The notes under the pieces: generated by a model | What the model saw: only the letters and a program-made list of their open reading frames with translations | Database searches by the model: none | Told to the model about the DNA's origin: nothing | Translations under genes and position numbers: made by a program | Assembly: GCA_964505265.1 (NCBI GenBank) | Contig: CAZDGN010000001.1 | Location: 22,767-86,766, forward strand | Length of the DNA: 64,000 nucleotides | Source: an uncultured Rickettsia sp. | Lineage (GTDB): Bacteria > Pseudomonadota > Alphaproteobacteria > Rickettsiales > UBA1997 | Direction: 5' to 3' | Part shown: one piece after another, positions 1 through 9,627 of the stretch | How positions within the stretch are numbered: the first letter of the stretch is position 1 | Layout of the letters: each line of letters starts with the position of its first letter

Positions 1-627
1 TTGGATACAGCTACGAATTATGGTTGGAATTAGTTTTTCGCGATGTTGAAATGGGCCAAAATTATTTGAACAATTAGTGATAATTGTTGGTAATTTATAA
101 GTTTCGCTCCATGCGCGAACCAAATGGTCTGAAGAAGCTTTTGAAGCAGAGTAGGGTGAGTTTGGTTGATAACGACTATTTTCGTTAAAAGGCTTATCAT
201 CAAGGTTTAATGATCCAAAAACTTCATCGGTGGAAACATGGAGGAAGCGGAAATTTTCTTTTTTTTCGTCGGATAAATTTTTGTAGTAATTCAACGAAGC
301 TTGAAGCATTGAAAAGGTTCCGTTAATATTGGTTTGAATGAAAACACTAGGACCAGAAATTGAATTATCGACATGGCTTTCGGCAGCAAAATTTACGACC
401 CAATCAATTTTGTAAGTGATTAATAAATTTTGTATTAAGGCAGTTTCATTGATGTCAGCTTTGGTGAATTTATAATTTTGATGATTTGCAACATCGCTAA
501 CATTTTCAAGGTTTCCAGCATAGGTTAGTTTATCGATATTTATCACAAAATTGCCTTGAGCAATTTGTTTTTTTACAAAACAACTTCCAATGAAGCCACA
601 ACCACCAGTAACTAAAATATTTTTCAT
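1..627 (-). CDS. rfbB: dTDP-glucose 4,6-dehydratase, N-terminal 209 codons (gene runs off the left edge)
   Basis: My own minus-strand translation from the ATG at 627-625 reads MKNILVTGGCGFIGSCFVKK...NFAAESHVDNSI...SPYSASKASSDHLVRAW...NCSNNFGP. It has the Rossmann GxxGxxG motif, the YxxxK catalytic pair and typical RmlB blocks. The ATG overlaps the TGA of the upstream gene (ATGA). Confidence 0.9.
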   Translation of the reverse strand, partial: MKNILVTGGCGFIGSCFVKKQIAQGNFVINIDKLTYAGNLENVSDVANHQNYKFTKADINETALIQNLLITYKIDWVVNFAAESHVDNSISGPSVFIQTNINGTFSMLQASLNYYKNLSDEKKENFRFLHVSTDEVFGSLNLDDKPFNENSRYQPNSPYSASKASSDHLVRAWSETYKLPTIITNCSNNFGPFQHREKLIPTIIRSCIQ

Positions 628-1571
628 ATTTTTTTAATTATTTTATTTTTAAAATTGGCAATTTTTTCTTCAATCATTTTGTGAACTAAATATGAGAATA
701 ATATTGCAACGATAATATTATAAAAATTATTTTTAAATATCAAATTGTTAAAAAATTGATGAAATAAATATAGCGGAAAAGTTAAATCTGAAAAAATCTT
801 AATTATCTTAAAATTTTTAAAATTATCTCTAAAAGCAAAGCTAAGCAAAAAAATTATCAAGCCGATAATTCCTGAAAAATAAATTATAAAATTATTATTA
901 TAAATTTTAATAAATATCAAATATGTAATGAAGATTGAAGTAATTAAAATCATAAAATTTAAAATTTTTTTGCAATTATCATTGAAATATAAATAAATTA
1001 TGGAGCCAATAAGAACATAATTTAAATTGGCTAGAGTTAGGCAAATATATGGATTTGATTTTGAATAATTATGATAAAAAAACAAAAAAATTACATTGAA
1101 AATTTGTAGCAAAAAAATCTTTAAAATACTTAAATTGTTTGAATAAAATAAAATTGCCAAAACAATATAAAACAAAAATTCCACCCGCAAAGTCCACTCA
1201 ACAGCAGTAAGTGTATAGCTTTTTGATAAATCTCCGATTGGTAAAATTAATTGCAGTATGATGTTAAAAAAAATATCTGTTGAGTTGCTTTCTAGTAAAA
1301 AAAAATAAAATAAAAAGGCTAGAAAAAAAAGTGGGTAAATCCGTAAAAATCTGGCAATTAAAAAATCTTTAATATTGCGGTATTTATTGATAATATTTGC
1401 AATAATGAAGCCTGAAATTAACAAAAAGATACTTACCCCAATATTGCCAATTGAGTAAATAAAATGTTCAGAGACTTTGATTTTATAGTTAAAAAAAAAT
1501 CGGTAATGTTGGCAAATTACTAAAAAAATACTTAAAATTCTAAGATAATCCAAAAAAACAATTCTTATCAT
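624..1571 (-). CDS. Membrane O-acyltransferase, acyltransferase-3 (OafA/YrhL-like) family
   Basis: 315 aa that is almost entirely hydrophobic helices. The N-terminal FLDYLRILSIFLVICQHY resembles the conserved acyltransferase-3 start motif. It is wedged between rfbC and rfbB with 1-4 nt overlaps. Confidence 0.7.
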   Translation of the reverse strand: MIRIVFLDYLRILSIFLVICQHYRFFFNYKIKVSEHFIYSIGNIGVSIFLLISGFIIANIINKYRNIKDFLIARFLRIYPLFFLAFLFYFFLLESNSTDIFFNIILQLILPIGDLSKSYTLTAVEWTLRVEFLFYIVLAILFYSNNLSILKIFLLQIFNVIFLFFYHNYSKSNPYICLTLANLNYVLIGSIIYLYFNDNCKKILNFMILITSIFITYLIFIKIYNNNFIIYFSGIIGLIIFLLSFAFRDNFKNFKIIKIFSDLTFPLYLFHQFFNNLIFKNNFYNIIVAILFSYLVHKMIEEKIANFKNKIIKKI

Positions 1572-2119
1572 TAAAATTTTGGGTTATTTTTATATTCGCC
1601 AAAGCTGGCTAAATTATTATCTTTTAATGAAATTATTGGATTAGCTACTTGCCAATCAATATTTAATTCTGGATCGTTAAATTTAATGCCACCATCTCCT
1701 TCTTTTGAAAAACTGTTATCGACCTTATACATTACATCGGCTGGTTTATTATCTAGAACCGAAAAACCATGGGCAAAGCCAGCTGGAATGAATAACAAGG
1801 TGCCATTTTGCGCACTTAATTCAATTGAGAAATATTTGCCAAAAGTTGCAGAATTTTTACGAATATCCACCGCAATATCCAAAATTTTACCAGTTAAGCA
1901 ACCAACTAATTTTGCTTGAGCTGGATTGGTTTGATAATGCAAACCCCGAATCACATTTGCATGAGAAAAGGAATGATTATCCTGAAAATAATCGGTTGGT
2001 AAGCCAAATTCAGTAAATAATTTTTTATTGTAGCGTTCTACAAAAAATCCACGGTCATCATGATGAATTTTTAATTTAATAATTTTTAGTCCAGCAATTG
2101 GTGTGTCTAAAATTTCCAT
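1571..2119 (-). CDS. rfbC: dTDP-4-dehydrorhamnose 3,5-epimerase
   Basis: RmlC cupin blocks are present: DDRGFFVERY, IRGLHYQ, AKLVGCLTGKILDIAVDIRKNSATFGK, FIPAGFAHGF. I moved the start to the ATG at 2119 (MEILDTPIAGLKII), because the 12-codon extension in the ORF track overlaps the upstream gene. Confidence 0.9.
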   Translation of the reverse strand: MEILDTPIAGLKIIKLKIHHDDRGFFVERYNKKLFTEFGLPTDYFQDNHSFSHANVIRGLHYQTNPAQAKLVGCLTGKILDIAVDIRKNSATFGKYFSIELSAQNGTLLFIPAGFAHGFSVLDNKPADVMYKVDNSFSKEGDGGIKFNDPELNIDWQVANPIISLKDNNLASFGEYKNNPKF

Positions 2120-2123
2120 AAAT

Positions 2124-3242
2124 TTAATTTTTAAAATTATTAATCGCTTCAACAACTCTCTCGAGCTCTGATTTTTTAAGTGTTCGATAAATCGGAAGAC
2201 TTAAAACTTCACGGTGAATTTTTTCGGTAATTGGTAAATTTAAATTTTTAAGTTCGCCATAAGCTTTTTGCTGGTGCGGAGGGATTGGATAGTGAATAAA
2301 TGTTTGAATATGTTTTTCGAGTAGATATTTTTGTAAACTGTCACGATTTGGATGTCTAACCACATATAAATGCCAAACATGAGAGTTGGTATTTTTAGGG
2401 ATTTCTGGGCAAATTATGTCTGGGTTGTTAATGTTTTTTGAATAAAATTTGGCGATTTTTTGACGAGCCAAATTATCTTGAGTAAGTTTTTTTAATTTTA
2501 TCCTTAAAAAACCCGCTTGAATTTCGTCGAGTCTGGAATTGGTGCCTTTGAATAAATTGTGATATTTTTGATGAGAGCCATAGTTACGAAGGGCTTTAAT
2601 AATTTGATATAATTCAAAATCATTGGTAGTTATTGCTCCAGCATCGCCCAAAGCTCCTAAATTCTTTCCGGGATAAAAACTAAATCCACTGGCATCTCCT
2701 AAATTTCCAACTTTTAATCCAGAATCCGGGTCGATAGCACCATGACTTTGAGCGCAATCTTCGATAATTTTTAAATTAAATTTACTTGCAATATTTTTGA
2801 TTTTAGAAAAATCTGCACATCTTCCATATAGATGGACAACCATTATTGCTTTGGTTTTGGAGGTAATATTTTCGGCAATTAAATCTGGATCAATATTGTA
2901 GGTTTTAATATCGGGCTCAACTAAAATTGGCTTTAAATTATTGGCGCTAATTGCTAAAATTGAAGCAATATAGGTGTTGGCAGGAACAATAATTTCATCG
3001 CCATCTTTAAATATACCGAGTTCTTTATAGGCTCGTATAATCAAAATAAGTGCATCAAGACCATTTGCAACTCCAAGGCAATATTTGTTTTCACAAAAAT
3101 TTGCAAATTCCTTTTCAAAATTTTCATTTTCTTCGCCAAGTAAATAATGTCCGCTTGAAAGTAATTTTTTTACCATTACTTTGAAATCTTTTTCAAAATT
3201 TTTGTTTAGATTTTTTAAATCTAAAAATTTAATTAACTCCAT
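2124..3242 (-). CDS. DegT/DnrJ/EryC1/StrS-family PLP aminotransferase acting on a keto-deoxy nucleotide sugar
   Basis: 372 aa. It has the FLDLK...[19 protein letters not shown] start, GVANGLDAL, and the PLP-lysine block [19 protein letters not shown]. It lies next to rfbC and ugd. Confidence 0.85.
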   Translation of the reverse strand: MELIKFLDLKNLNKNFEKDFKVMVKKLLSSGHYLLGEENENFEKEFANFCENKYCLGVANGLDALILIIRAYKELGIFKDGDEIIVPANTYIASILAISANNLKPILVEPDIKTYNIDPDLIAENITSKTKAIMVVHLYGRCADFSKIKNIASKFNLKIIEDCAQSHGAIDPDSGLKVGNLGDASGFSFYPGKNLGALGDAGAITTNDFELYQIIKALRNYGSHQKYHNLFKGTNSRLDEIQAGFLRIKLKKLTQDNLARQKIAKFYSKNINNPDIICPEIPKNTNSHVWHLYVVRHPNRDSLQKYLLEKHIQTFIHYPIPPHQQKAYGELKNLNLPITEKIHREVLSLPIYRTLKKSELERVVEAINNFKN

Positions 3243-3244
3243 AT

Positions 3245-4474
3245 TTACAAAATATATCTTAAATCTAGAATTTTTTTATTGCCAAATTCTGGGAAATTTT
3301 TAATTGTTTTAAATTCTGGCCATTCAGTTAGAATAACGATATTATCGGTTTTGTCAAAACACTCCCTCAAATTCTGGCAATAAATAATTTTATCGCCAAG
3401 GATTTTGCGAGCATTTATGATGGCTTGCGGGTCATAGCCATATATTTTAAAATTATCAGCAAGTAAGAATTTAATTATTTCAATGGCAGGACTCATGCGA
3501 ACATCATCGGTTCCAGCCTTAAAAGCCAAGCCCAAAACAGCAATTTCTTTTTTATCAAAAAATTTTTGAATTTTTTCTGCCATTTTTTTGAAGCGATTAT
3601 AATTCGAATCGATGACTTGATTTATAATGCTAAGCTCCATTTGATTTTGCTTAGCAATAAATTTTAAGGCCATAGAGTCTTTAGGAAAACATGATCCGCC
3701 AATGCCGGGTCCGGGGTTTAAAAAAGCCTTGCCAATTCTATGGTCAAGACCCATGCCAAGAGATAAATCTTTAATATTTGCCTTGACTTTGTTTGCCAAT
3801 TCTTCCATTTCATTAATGAAGCAAACTTTAGTCATTAAAAAGGCATTGGAAGCATATTTGATGAGTTCTGCGGTGGTGATGTCGGTAAATAAAATTGGAA
3901 AATTTTTTTCAATCCAATATTGGTAAAGTTGATTTAATTGAATTTTACAATTTTCATGGTCAATACCAAGAACGATTCGATCCGGATTCATGAAATCTTC
4001 GATAGCAAAGCCTTCGCGCATAAATTCTGGATTAGAAGCGATGTGAATTTTGTGTTTGCAATTATCCTGTAAAATTTTTTGGATAGCAAAATTTGTTCCA
4101 ACTGGCACGGTAGATTTGGTGATGAAAATTTTATCTTCATTGATAAAATTTTTTGCCGAGGAGATTGCCTGATCAATATAGCTTAAATCAGCTTCTCCTG
4201 TGATTTCATTTTGAGGAGTACCAACTGCTAAAATAATAATTTGGCTAAAATTAACTGCCCTTGACATATCGTCGGTAAATTCAATATGTTTAGTGTCAAC
4301 GGCTTTGGCAAGCATTTCTTCAAGACCAGCCTCAAAAATTGTTGGAATTTTATTTTGTAATTTATGAATTTTGTTTTGGTCATTGTCAATGCATAAGACC
4401 TGATGCCCAACACTTGCAAAGCAAAGAGCTGAGGTAAGTCCAACATAACCTGATCCAATTATTGTAATTTTCAT
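3245..4474 (-). CDS. ugd: UDP-glucose 6-dehydrogenase
   Basis: The N-terminal NAD fold is [13 protein letters not shown]. The catalytic Cys block is [13 protein letters not shown]. Length (409 aa) fits the UDP-glucose/GDP-mannose dehydrogenase family. Confidence 0.9.
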   Translation of the reverse strand: MKITIIGSGYVGLTSALCFASVGHQVLCIDNDQNKIHKLQNKIPTIFEAGLEEMLAKAVDTKHIEFTDDMSRAVNFSQIIILAVGTPQNEITGEADLSYIDQAISSAKNFINEDKIFITKSTVPVGTNFAIQKILQDNCKHKIHIASNPEFMREGFAIEDFMNPDRIVLGIDHENCKIQLNQLYQYWIEKNFPILFTDITTAELIKYASNAFLMTKVCFINEMEELANKVKANIKDLSLGMGLDHRIGKAFLNPGPGIGGSCFPKDSMALKFIAKQNQMELSIINQVIDSNYNRFKKMAEKIQKFFDKKEIAVLGLAFKAGTDDVRMSPAIEIIKFLLADNFKIYGYDPQAIINARKILGDKIIYCQNLRECFDKTDNIVILTEWPEFKTIKNFPEFGNKKILDLRYIL

Positions 4475-4640
4475 GATTTTTTTATTATTTTTCTTGCTAA
4501 GAATTTAATCAAACAAAATAAAAAAGCAAGTTTGTAAAAAGTAAATAAAATAATTTCCTTAAAAATAACTCTTGATTTATAAAGCAAATAACTTTTACTA
4601 AATATATTATCAAAAATTAAAATAAATATTTAAAGTAACT

Positions 4641-5441
4641 ATGACTACAACAATTATTAATGATAATCAACAAGATTCAATTATTTCTAAATCAGGTGAA
4701 TTGCTAAAAAAAGTCGATGAACTGTCGCAGGAATTAAAAATTGACGGCAATGATTTGGAGCGATTTAAAGAAAAAATTTCTAACTCACTATCTAATTCTC
4801 AAGATGCTGATGAAATGAAGGATATGGCAAAAACCGCAGGTAAACTTGCATTAAATGGCGCCTCAGCTTTATTTGCTATGGACCCAACTATGATGGCTTT
4901 GTCTTTAATATTGAATTTTATTCTAGAAAATGCCGTTAGTAATTTATTAGATGGTAATAGTGATAAAGAGAAAAAAGAAAAAGAAGATTTAGAAAAATTT
5001 GAAAAATTATTTGATAAAATTTTTTCTAGAGAAAATTTTGAAAAATTTATTGAAAATGCTGATAAATTATATAATTATTTGTTTAAAAAAGATGATAAAA
5101 TTGATGAAAAAGCCATTGATAAATTTGTTGATTTTTTCGAAAAAATAAAAATTGATGATGATAAAAAAGACAATGCCATAAGTTTTTTAAGCATTATTTC
5201 TAAAAAATTTAGGGAAGATGGTCGTGATGATTTTTCTAACAGGTTTGATAAACTAGCCGGTAAGATTGGCGTAGATAGAGACTTGTCGAAAACATTTGCA
5301 GGGAAGGAATTAGAATTTTTATCGGTTTCTTCTTCAAGTACGGAATCTAGAAGCCAAACGCCAACAAGAAGAAAAAATGGATTTGTTTCCACGATTGAAA
5401 AACAAAGATCTGATGGACTTGTAAGTCAACAAATCCGATAG
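4641..5441 (+). CDS. Hypothetical protein: charged and helical with one central hydrophobic segment and a Ser/Thr/Arg-rich tail
   Basis: A 266-codon open frame is unlikely by chance in a genome this AT-rich. I recognise no family. There is a hydrophobic stretch (TAGKLALNGASALFAMDPTMMALSLILNFILENAV), repeated D/E/K/F-rich helices (EKFEKLFDKIF, ENFEKFIENADKLY, IDKFVDFFEKIKID) and a tail LSVSSSSTESRSQTPTRRK. Confidence 0.55.
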   Translation: MTTTIINDNQQDSIISKSGELLKKVDELSQELKIDGNDLERFKEKISNSLSNSQDADEMKDMAKTAGKLALNGASALFAMDPTMMALSLILNFILENAVSNLLDGNSDKEKKEKEDLEKFEKLFDKIFSRENFEKFIENADKLYNYLFKKDDKIDEKAIDKFVDFFEKIKIDDDKKDNAISFLSIISKKFREDGRDDFSNRFDKLAGKIGVDRDLSKTFAGKELEFLSVSSSSTESRSQTPTRRKNGFVSTIEKQRSDGLVSQQIR

Positions 5442-5478
5442 TCGAAAAAATATTTTTAACCAAAGTGGTAAAAACTTA

Positions 5479-6480
5479 TCAATTCAAGCCTTGAAAATAT
5501 TTTATAGTATTTTTGAGACCATATTTTAAATCAATTTTTGGTGACCATAAATATTTTTGGTTGGCAAGGCTAATGTCTGGACAGCGTTGTTTTGGGTCGT
5601 CTTGCGGAAGGGGTAAAAATTTGATTTGGCTTTTTGAATTGGTTAAATCAATCACCAATTTTGCTAAATCTTTAACACAAAATTCTTGAGGATTGCCACA
5701 ATTAATTGGTCCAAAAAAATTGTCATTGGCAAAAGCAAATTTACATAAAATTTCTAATAAATCTTCAATATAACAAAAACTTCGGGTTTGCGAGCCGTCA
5801 CCATAAATGGTTATATCTTCATTGTTTAAGGCTTGATTAATAAAATTACTCACCACTCGACCATCATTCTTGTCCATAAATTCGCCATAAGTGTTAAAAG
5901 TTCGCAAGATTTTGATCGGCAAATTTTCCATACGATGATAGCCGTAAAGCAAAGTTTCGCTGGCCCGCTTGCCTTCATCATAACATGAGCGAACACCAAC
6001 TGGATTGACATTGCCCCAATAATTTTCTGGCTGCGGGTGAATTAAGGCATCGCCATATATTTCGCTAGTTGAGGTGAAAATTATAGTCGGGAAATAATCT
6101 TGTTTTTGTTGTAAATTTTTTGCCAAATTAATCAAATTTTCATTGCCCCAAACCGAAGTCTTGAAGGTGTAAATTGGGTCTAATTGGTAACGCTTAGGAG
6201 ATGCAGGGCAGGCGAGGTTGAAAATATAATCAATTGGTTGATTTTGAAAAAAATTTAAATCAGTAAAATTATCGATTATATTTTTTTCTAAAAAATGAAA
6301 TTTGTTTATGGAAATATTGTGTTCTTTAATAAAATTCTTGATTGATATTAAATTCTGTTTAGAGCTAGAATTATGGTTATCAATGGCAAAAATTTGATGA
6401 TTTTGCATTAATAATTTCAAGCATAAATTAGTGCCGATAAAGCCAGTTGCACCTGTAATTATAGTGGTTTTTTGATTCAT
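5479..6480 (-). CDS. UDP-glucuronate decarboxylase (UDP-xylose synthase-type SDR)
   Basis: ITGATGFIGTNL Rossmann fold, followed by a long match to UXS blocks: TSTSEIYGD...HPQPENYWGNVNPVGVRSCYDEGKRASETL...FNTYG...DGRVVSNFINQAL...YGDGSQTRSF...DDPKQRCPDIS. Confidence 0.85.
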   Translation of the reverse strand: MNQKTTIITGATGFIGTNLCLKLLMQNHQIFAIDNHNSSSKQNLISIKNFIKEHNISINKFHFLEKNIIDNFTDLNFFQNQPIDYIFNLACPASPKRYQLDPIYTFKTSVWGNENLINLAKNLQQKQDYFPTIIFTSTSEIYGDALIHPQPENYWGNVNPVGVRSCYDEGKRASETLLYGYHRMENLPIKILRTFNTYGEFMDKNDGRVVSNFINQALNNEDITIYGDGSQTRSFCYIEDLLEILCKFAFANDNFFGPINCGNPQEFCVKDLAKLVIDLTNSKSQIKFLPLPQDDPKQRCPDISLANQKYLWSPKIDLKYGLKNTIKYFQGLN

Positions 6481-6604
6481 ATTATCAAGTTTAAAATTAA
6501 AATCAAAGTTGATTTTGATAGTTTTTATTAATTTTATTGACTAGTAAAAGTGTTTTTTTAAAATTTCACTTACATTATAAAACTTTAAAAATAATTTATA
6601 ACTA

Positions 6605-7588
6605 ATGTTTTCAAAAATTAATAGGGCAAAGAAAAATATCAAAAAAAAACTTGCCAAAAAATTGGTTATGACTTTACTCGTTAAAAATGAAGATGATGTT
6701 ATTGAAGAAAATATCAAATTTCATTTGGCAAGCGGTGTTGATTTTATTATTGCAACCAACAATAACTCAACTGATAAAACGCGCGATATTTTGCTTAAAT
6801 ATCAAGAGCTTGGTAAGCTAGAATTAATCGATGAAAGCGATGACACCTTCAATCAAATTGTTTGGGTCAATCGTATGATTGAGATTGCCAAAAATAAATA
6901 TCAGGCAGATTGGATCATGAATGTTGATGCCGATGAATTCTGGTATTCAAGACATGGCAACCTTAAATTATCATTGCCAGAAAATAATAATATCAATGCC
7001 ATGATGGTCTCTGGTATGCATATAAATCCACAACCTGCGGGCGAGATTTTCAAAATTCGTGCAAATATGAAGGGTCAGGTCTCGGCTCATTTTAAGGTAA
7101 TACACAGTGCCAAGGGTTATAAAATGATTTCGGCTGGCAATCATAATGTGAGTTTGAAATTAGGTTATCGAAAAATGATTGCCACTAACGATATTTTTAT
7201 TTTTCATTTTTGGACTCGTTCAATTGAGCAATATGAACGAAAAGTAGTAAATACTTTTAAATCCATTGAAAATGGTCTTGCTCAAAATGTTTTAGATAAA
7301 GGTTTTGGTAGTCATATAGTTATACAATATAACCAAATTAAAGAAGGTAAAATGTCGGAAGTCTATGATTCATTAGTTAATGCGAGCGGAGATAATTTTT
7401 TGGTTGATAACCGCCTTTATGATTTTATTCAAAATAACTACAAAAATCCTGAACAAATTTTGGCAATTCAAAATTACATTAATAATTATCCATATAAATC
7501 AACGGTAAAATATAAAACAGATAAATTTATTTTATCTTGTAAGCGCCGTAAAAACGAGTTTTTGAATTATATTAAAAGAAAAAAATAA
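6605..7588 (+). CDS. GT-A fold glycosyltransferase (GT2-like, Glyco_tranf_2_4-type)
   Basis: LLVKNEDDVIEENIKFHLASGVDFIIATNNNSTDKTRDIL, then a DxD-type motif NVDADEFW. The true start may be the internal Met at 6668. Confidence 0.6.
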   Translation: MFSKINRAKKNIKKKLAKKLVMTLLVKNEDDVIEENIKFHLASGVDFIIATNNNSTDKTRDILLKYQELGKLELIDESDDTFNQIVWVNRMIEIAKNKYQADWIMNVDADEFWYSRHGNLKLSLPENNNINAMMVSGMHINPQPAGEIFKIRANMKGQVSAHFKVIHSAKGYKMISAGNHNVSLKLGYRKMIATNDIFIFHFWTRSIEQYERKVVNTFKSIENGLAQNVLDKGFGSHIVIQYNQIKEGKMSEVYDSLVNASGDNFLVDNRLYDFIQNNYKNPEQILAIQNYINNYPYKSTVKYKTDKFILSCKRRKNEFLNYIKRKK

Positions 7589-7626
7589 GTTTTTTTAGAT
7601 GAACTAACTTTAATCATTAAAATATT

Positions 7627-8619
7627 ATGTCAAAAATTTTAGTCACGGGTGGTTGCGGTTTTATCGGTTCTAACATGACAAATCTATTGCTAAAGCAAGG
7701 TTATGAAGTTATTGTGATTGACGATTTTAGTAATAGCTTTCTTCCGCCATTTAAACATAAAAATTTAACTATAATTGAAGGTAATATTGGTCAAACTGAC
7801 CTAATAACAAAAATTTTTATTGAGCATAAAATTATAGCAGTTTTTTATTTTTCAGCAAGCATTGAGTCAAAAATTTCAATGGAAAAACCTGAATTTTACT
7901 ATAAAAATAATGTTATCAATACTCTAAATTTTTTAGAAATTTTGTTAAAATTTTCTTCGCAAACCTATTTTGTTTTTTCTTCTACTGCTTCGGTTTACGA
8001 GTCTTCGAATAATTTAATCGACGAAGATAACCCAAAGAAGCCTGAAAATGTTTATGGCAAAACCAAATTATTCATTGAAAATGTTTTGCAGGATTATGGC
8101 AAAATTCATGGCTTAAAATACGCCATTCTTCGCTATTTCAATGCCTGCGGTGCTGATATGGATTATAATTTAGGAGAAAATAGAAAATTCGAAACTCACC
8201 TAATTCCTTTGTTAATGAGGGCAATGGTTCGTGGCGATATTGATTTTTATATTTATGGCAATGATTATAACACCAAGGACGGAACTTGTATTCGTGATTT
8301 TGTGCATGTCAAAGATATAGCTCTAGCACATTTGGTGATGCTAAATTATTTGCAAAATAATCCTGCTTCGCATTATTATTTTAATATTGGCACGCAGTCA
8401 GGCTTTTCGGTTCAAGAAATTGTCAATAAGGCGATTGAAATTACAAAAATTAAATTTGATGTCAAATATAAACCTCGACGAATTGGCGACCCAGACTCAT
8501 TGGTGGCTTCAAATCAAAAAATCAAGAATGAATTAGGCTGGCAACCTCAGTTTTCTTCACTTGAAAACATTATCCAAAGTGCTTGGGAATTTGAAAAATA
8601 TTTAAAAAAGTGTGATTGA
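7627..8619 (+). CDS. galE: UDP-glucose 4-epimerase
   Basis: ILVTGGCGFIGSN, catalytic YGKTKLFIE (YxxxK), and the RYFNACGAD block typical of GalE. 330 aa. Confidence 0.85.
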   Translation: MSKILVTGGCGFIGSNMTNLLLKQGYEVIVIDDFSNSFLPPFKHKNLTIIEGNIGQTDLITKIFIEHKIIAVFYFSASIESKISMEKPEFYYKNNVINTLNFLEILLKFSSQTYFVFSSTASVYESSNNLIDEDNPKKPENVYGKTKLFIENVLQDYGKIHGLKYAILRYFNACGADMDYNLGENRKFETHLIPLLMRAMVRGDIDFYIYGNDYNTKDGTCIRDFVHVKDIALAHLVMLNYLQNNPASHYYFNIGTQSGFSVQEIVNKAIEITKIKFDVKYKPRRIGDPDSLVASNQKIKNELGWQPQFSSLENIIQSAWEFEKYLKKCD

Positions 8620-8666
8620 ATTTAATAAAAATTATGTACATAAATGTCGATCAGCAATCTCTATTA

Positions 8667-9118
8667 TTATAAAATCTGGCTGATGTTTTTTAATAATATC
8701 ATAAAAAATTTCAGAATCGATTTTATAATTCCAAAAATTCCTAAAATCAGATAATTTTTGCAGAATATTCTTGATAGTCTCAATAAATTCAAGGGATTAA
8801 TCAATGATTTTAAGATGTTATTTTTAATAATATTTTGTTGACTATAAATTGAATTAACATGATTCAAAATATTATGATTTTTAACGGGTTTTTGTAAGGG
8901 TAAATTAACATTATGATGACGATTTATTAATAATCCAAAGCCATAATTTAATATTAAGCTTAAAAGCATTATTACCATATAAATCCGCTCTCCCCAAGAG
9001 TAAAATAGTAGTAAAAAAACCAGTGAAATATAATTGGAAATCACAATATTTTTACGAAAGAAAAAATATGTCACCATTGTTAAAGGCAGAAAATAAAAGT
9101 AATCGACGAAAAAAGCAT
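8667..9118 (-). pseudogene. Decayed MBOAT (AlgI/DltB-like membrane O-acyltransferase) relic: frameshifted at the N-terminus and truncated
   Basis: A mini-ORF at 9118-9080 reads MLFSSITFIFCL-stop. Another frame continues ..YFLPLTMVTYFFFRKN...FYSWGERIYMVIMLLSLILNYGFGLLI. Joined together these reproduce the canonical MBOAT N-terminus. Family members are roughly 450-500 aa, but here only about 60 residues look family-like and the ORF stops at 136 aa. Confidence 0.5.
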
Positions 9119-9225
9119 GTTTTATAATAATATTTATAAATTTTTTTTAAATAAATAAAATTCCAGTTGAAAAATAACCAAGTTTATAGGATAATAAATT
9201 ATATTCTTATTTAAAATTAAATCAA

Positions 9226-9627
9226 ATGAACTTTAAATTACTAGATTTTCAAATATTTGGCGATGAAAGAGGCTCTTTAATTTCTCTTGAGGGTAACAAA
9301 AACATCCCTTTTGAAATTAAGAGAGTTTATTATATTTTTGATACAAAAAAAGATGTCGTAAGAGGTAAGCATGCTCATAAAAATTTGCAACAAATTTTAA
9401 TTGCGGTGAGTGGCAGTTGTAAGATTTTGGTAGATAACAAGAAAGATAAAAAAATTTACGAACTGGATAATCCATCCAAAGGTTTACTTATCAAAAATAA
9501 TGTTTGGAGAGAGATGTTTGACTTCTCTTCGGATTGCGTTTTGATGGTTCTGGCTAGTGATAATTATGATAAGGATGATTATATTTATGAATATGATGAA
9601 ATTATAAATTATGAACAAAAAAATTAA
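9226..9627 (+). CDS. dTDP-4-keto-6-deoxyhexose 3,4-ketoisomerase (FdtA/QdtA, WxcM-like cupin)
   Basis: 133 aa cupin with FGDERGSLISLE, IPFEIKRVYYIF, RGKHAHKNLQQILIAVSGS and WREMFDFS, which is the FdtA/QdtA family pattern. Confidence 0.8.
   Translation: MNFKLLDFQIFGDERGSLISLEGNKNIPFEIKRVYYIFDTKKDVVRGKHAHKNLQQILIAVSGSCKILVDNKKDKKIYELDNPSKGLLIKNNVWREMFDFSSDCVLMVLASDNYDKDDYIYEYDEIINYEQKN

Noticed and set aside
1291-1300. Long A/T homopolymer runs inside genes (for example 1291-1300, 22131-22140 and 32646-32654) as possible phase-variation switches.
   Set aside because: Runs of 8-10 A or T are frequent throughout both the island and the core genes of this AT-rich sequence. Without population read data there is no evidence of length variation. 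Only the run at the wecE end is kept, as part of a low-interest finding.
1686-2016. Plus-strand ORFs 1686-1919 and 1825-2016 inside rfbC. Similar short antisense or alternate-frame ORFs occur elsewhere: 3702-3926, 3988-4176, 4228-4458, 9689-9874, 11744-12049, 14357-14548, 16351-16536, 16880-17062, 18132-18329, 21072-21465, 23853-24301, 28564-28827 and 29217-29423.
   Set aside because: Each lies wholly inside a longer ORF that has a strong family match. They have low-complexity or odd composition and no motifs, so I treat them as shadow ORFs.
5075-5392. Minus-strand 105-aa ORF antisense to the orphan gene at 4641-5441. It is co-directional with the flanking ugd and UXS genes, so I asked whether it is the real gene.
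   Set aside because: The plus-strand frame is 2.5 times longer, which is improbable by chance in AT-rich DNA, and has coherent helical and charged repeat structure. The minus ORF is Ser/Leu-rich, which is typical of the antisense of a K/E/D-rich gene.
8667-9077. Calling 8667-9077 an intact 136-aa membrane protein gene.
   Set aside because: Its N-terminal third matches the start of much longer MBOAT enzymes. The first 12 family codons sit upstream in another frame (9118-9080). A relic is the better interpretation, though a functional small remnant cannot be excluded.
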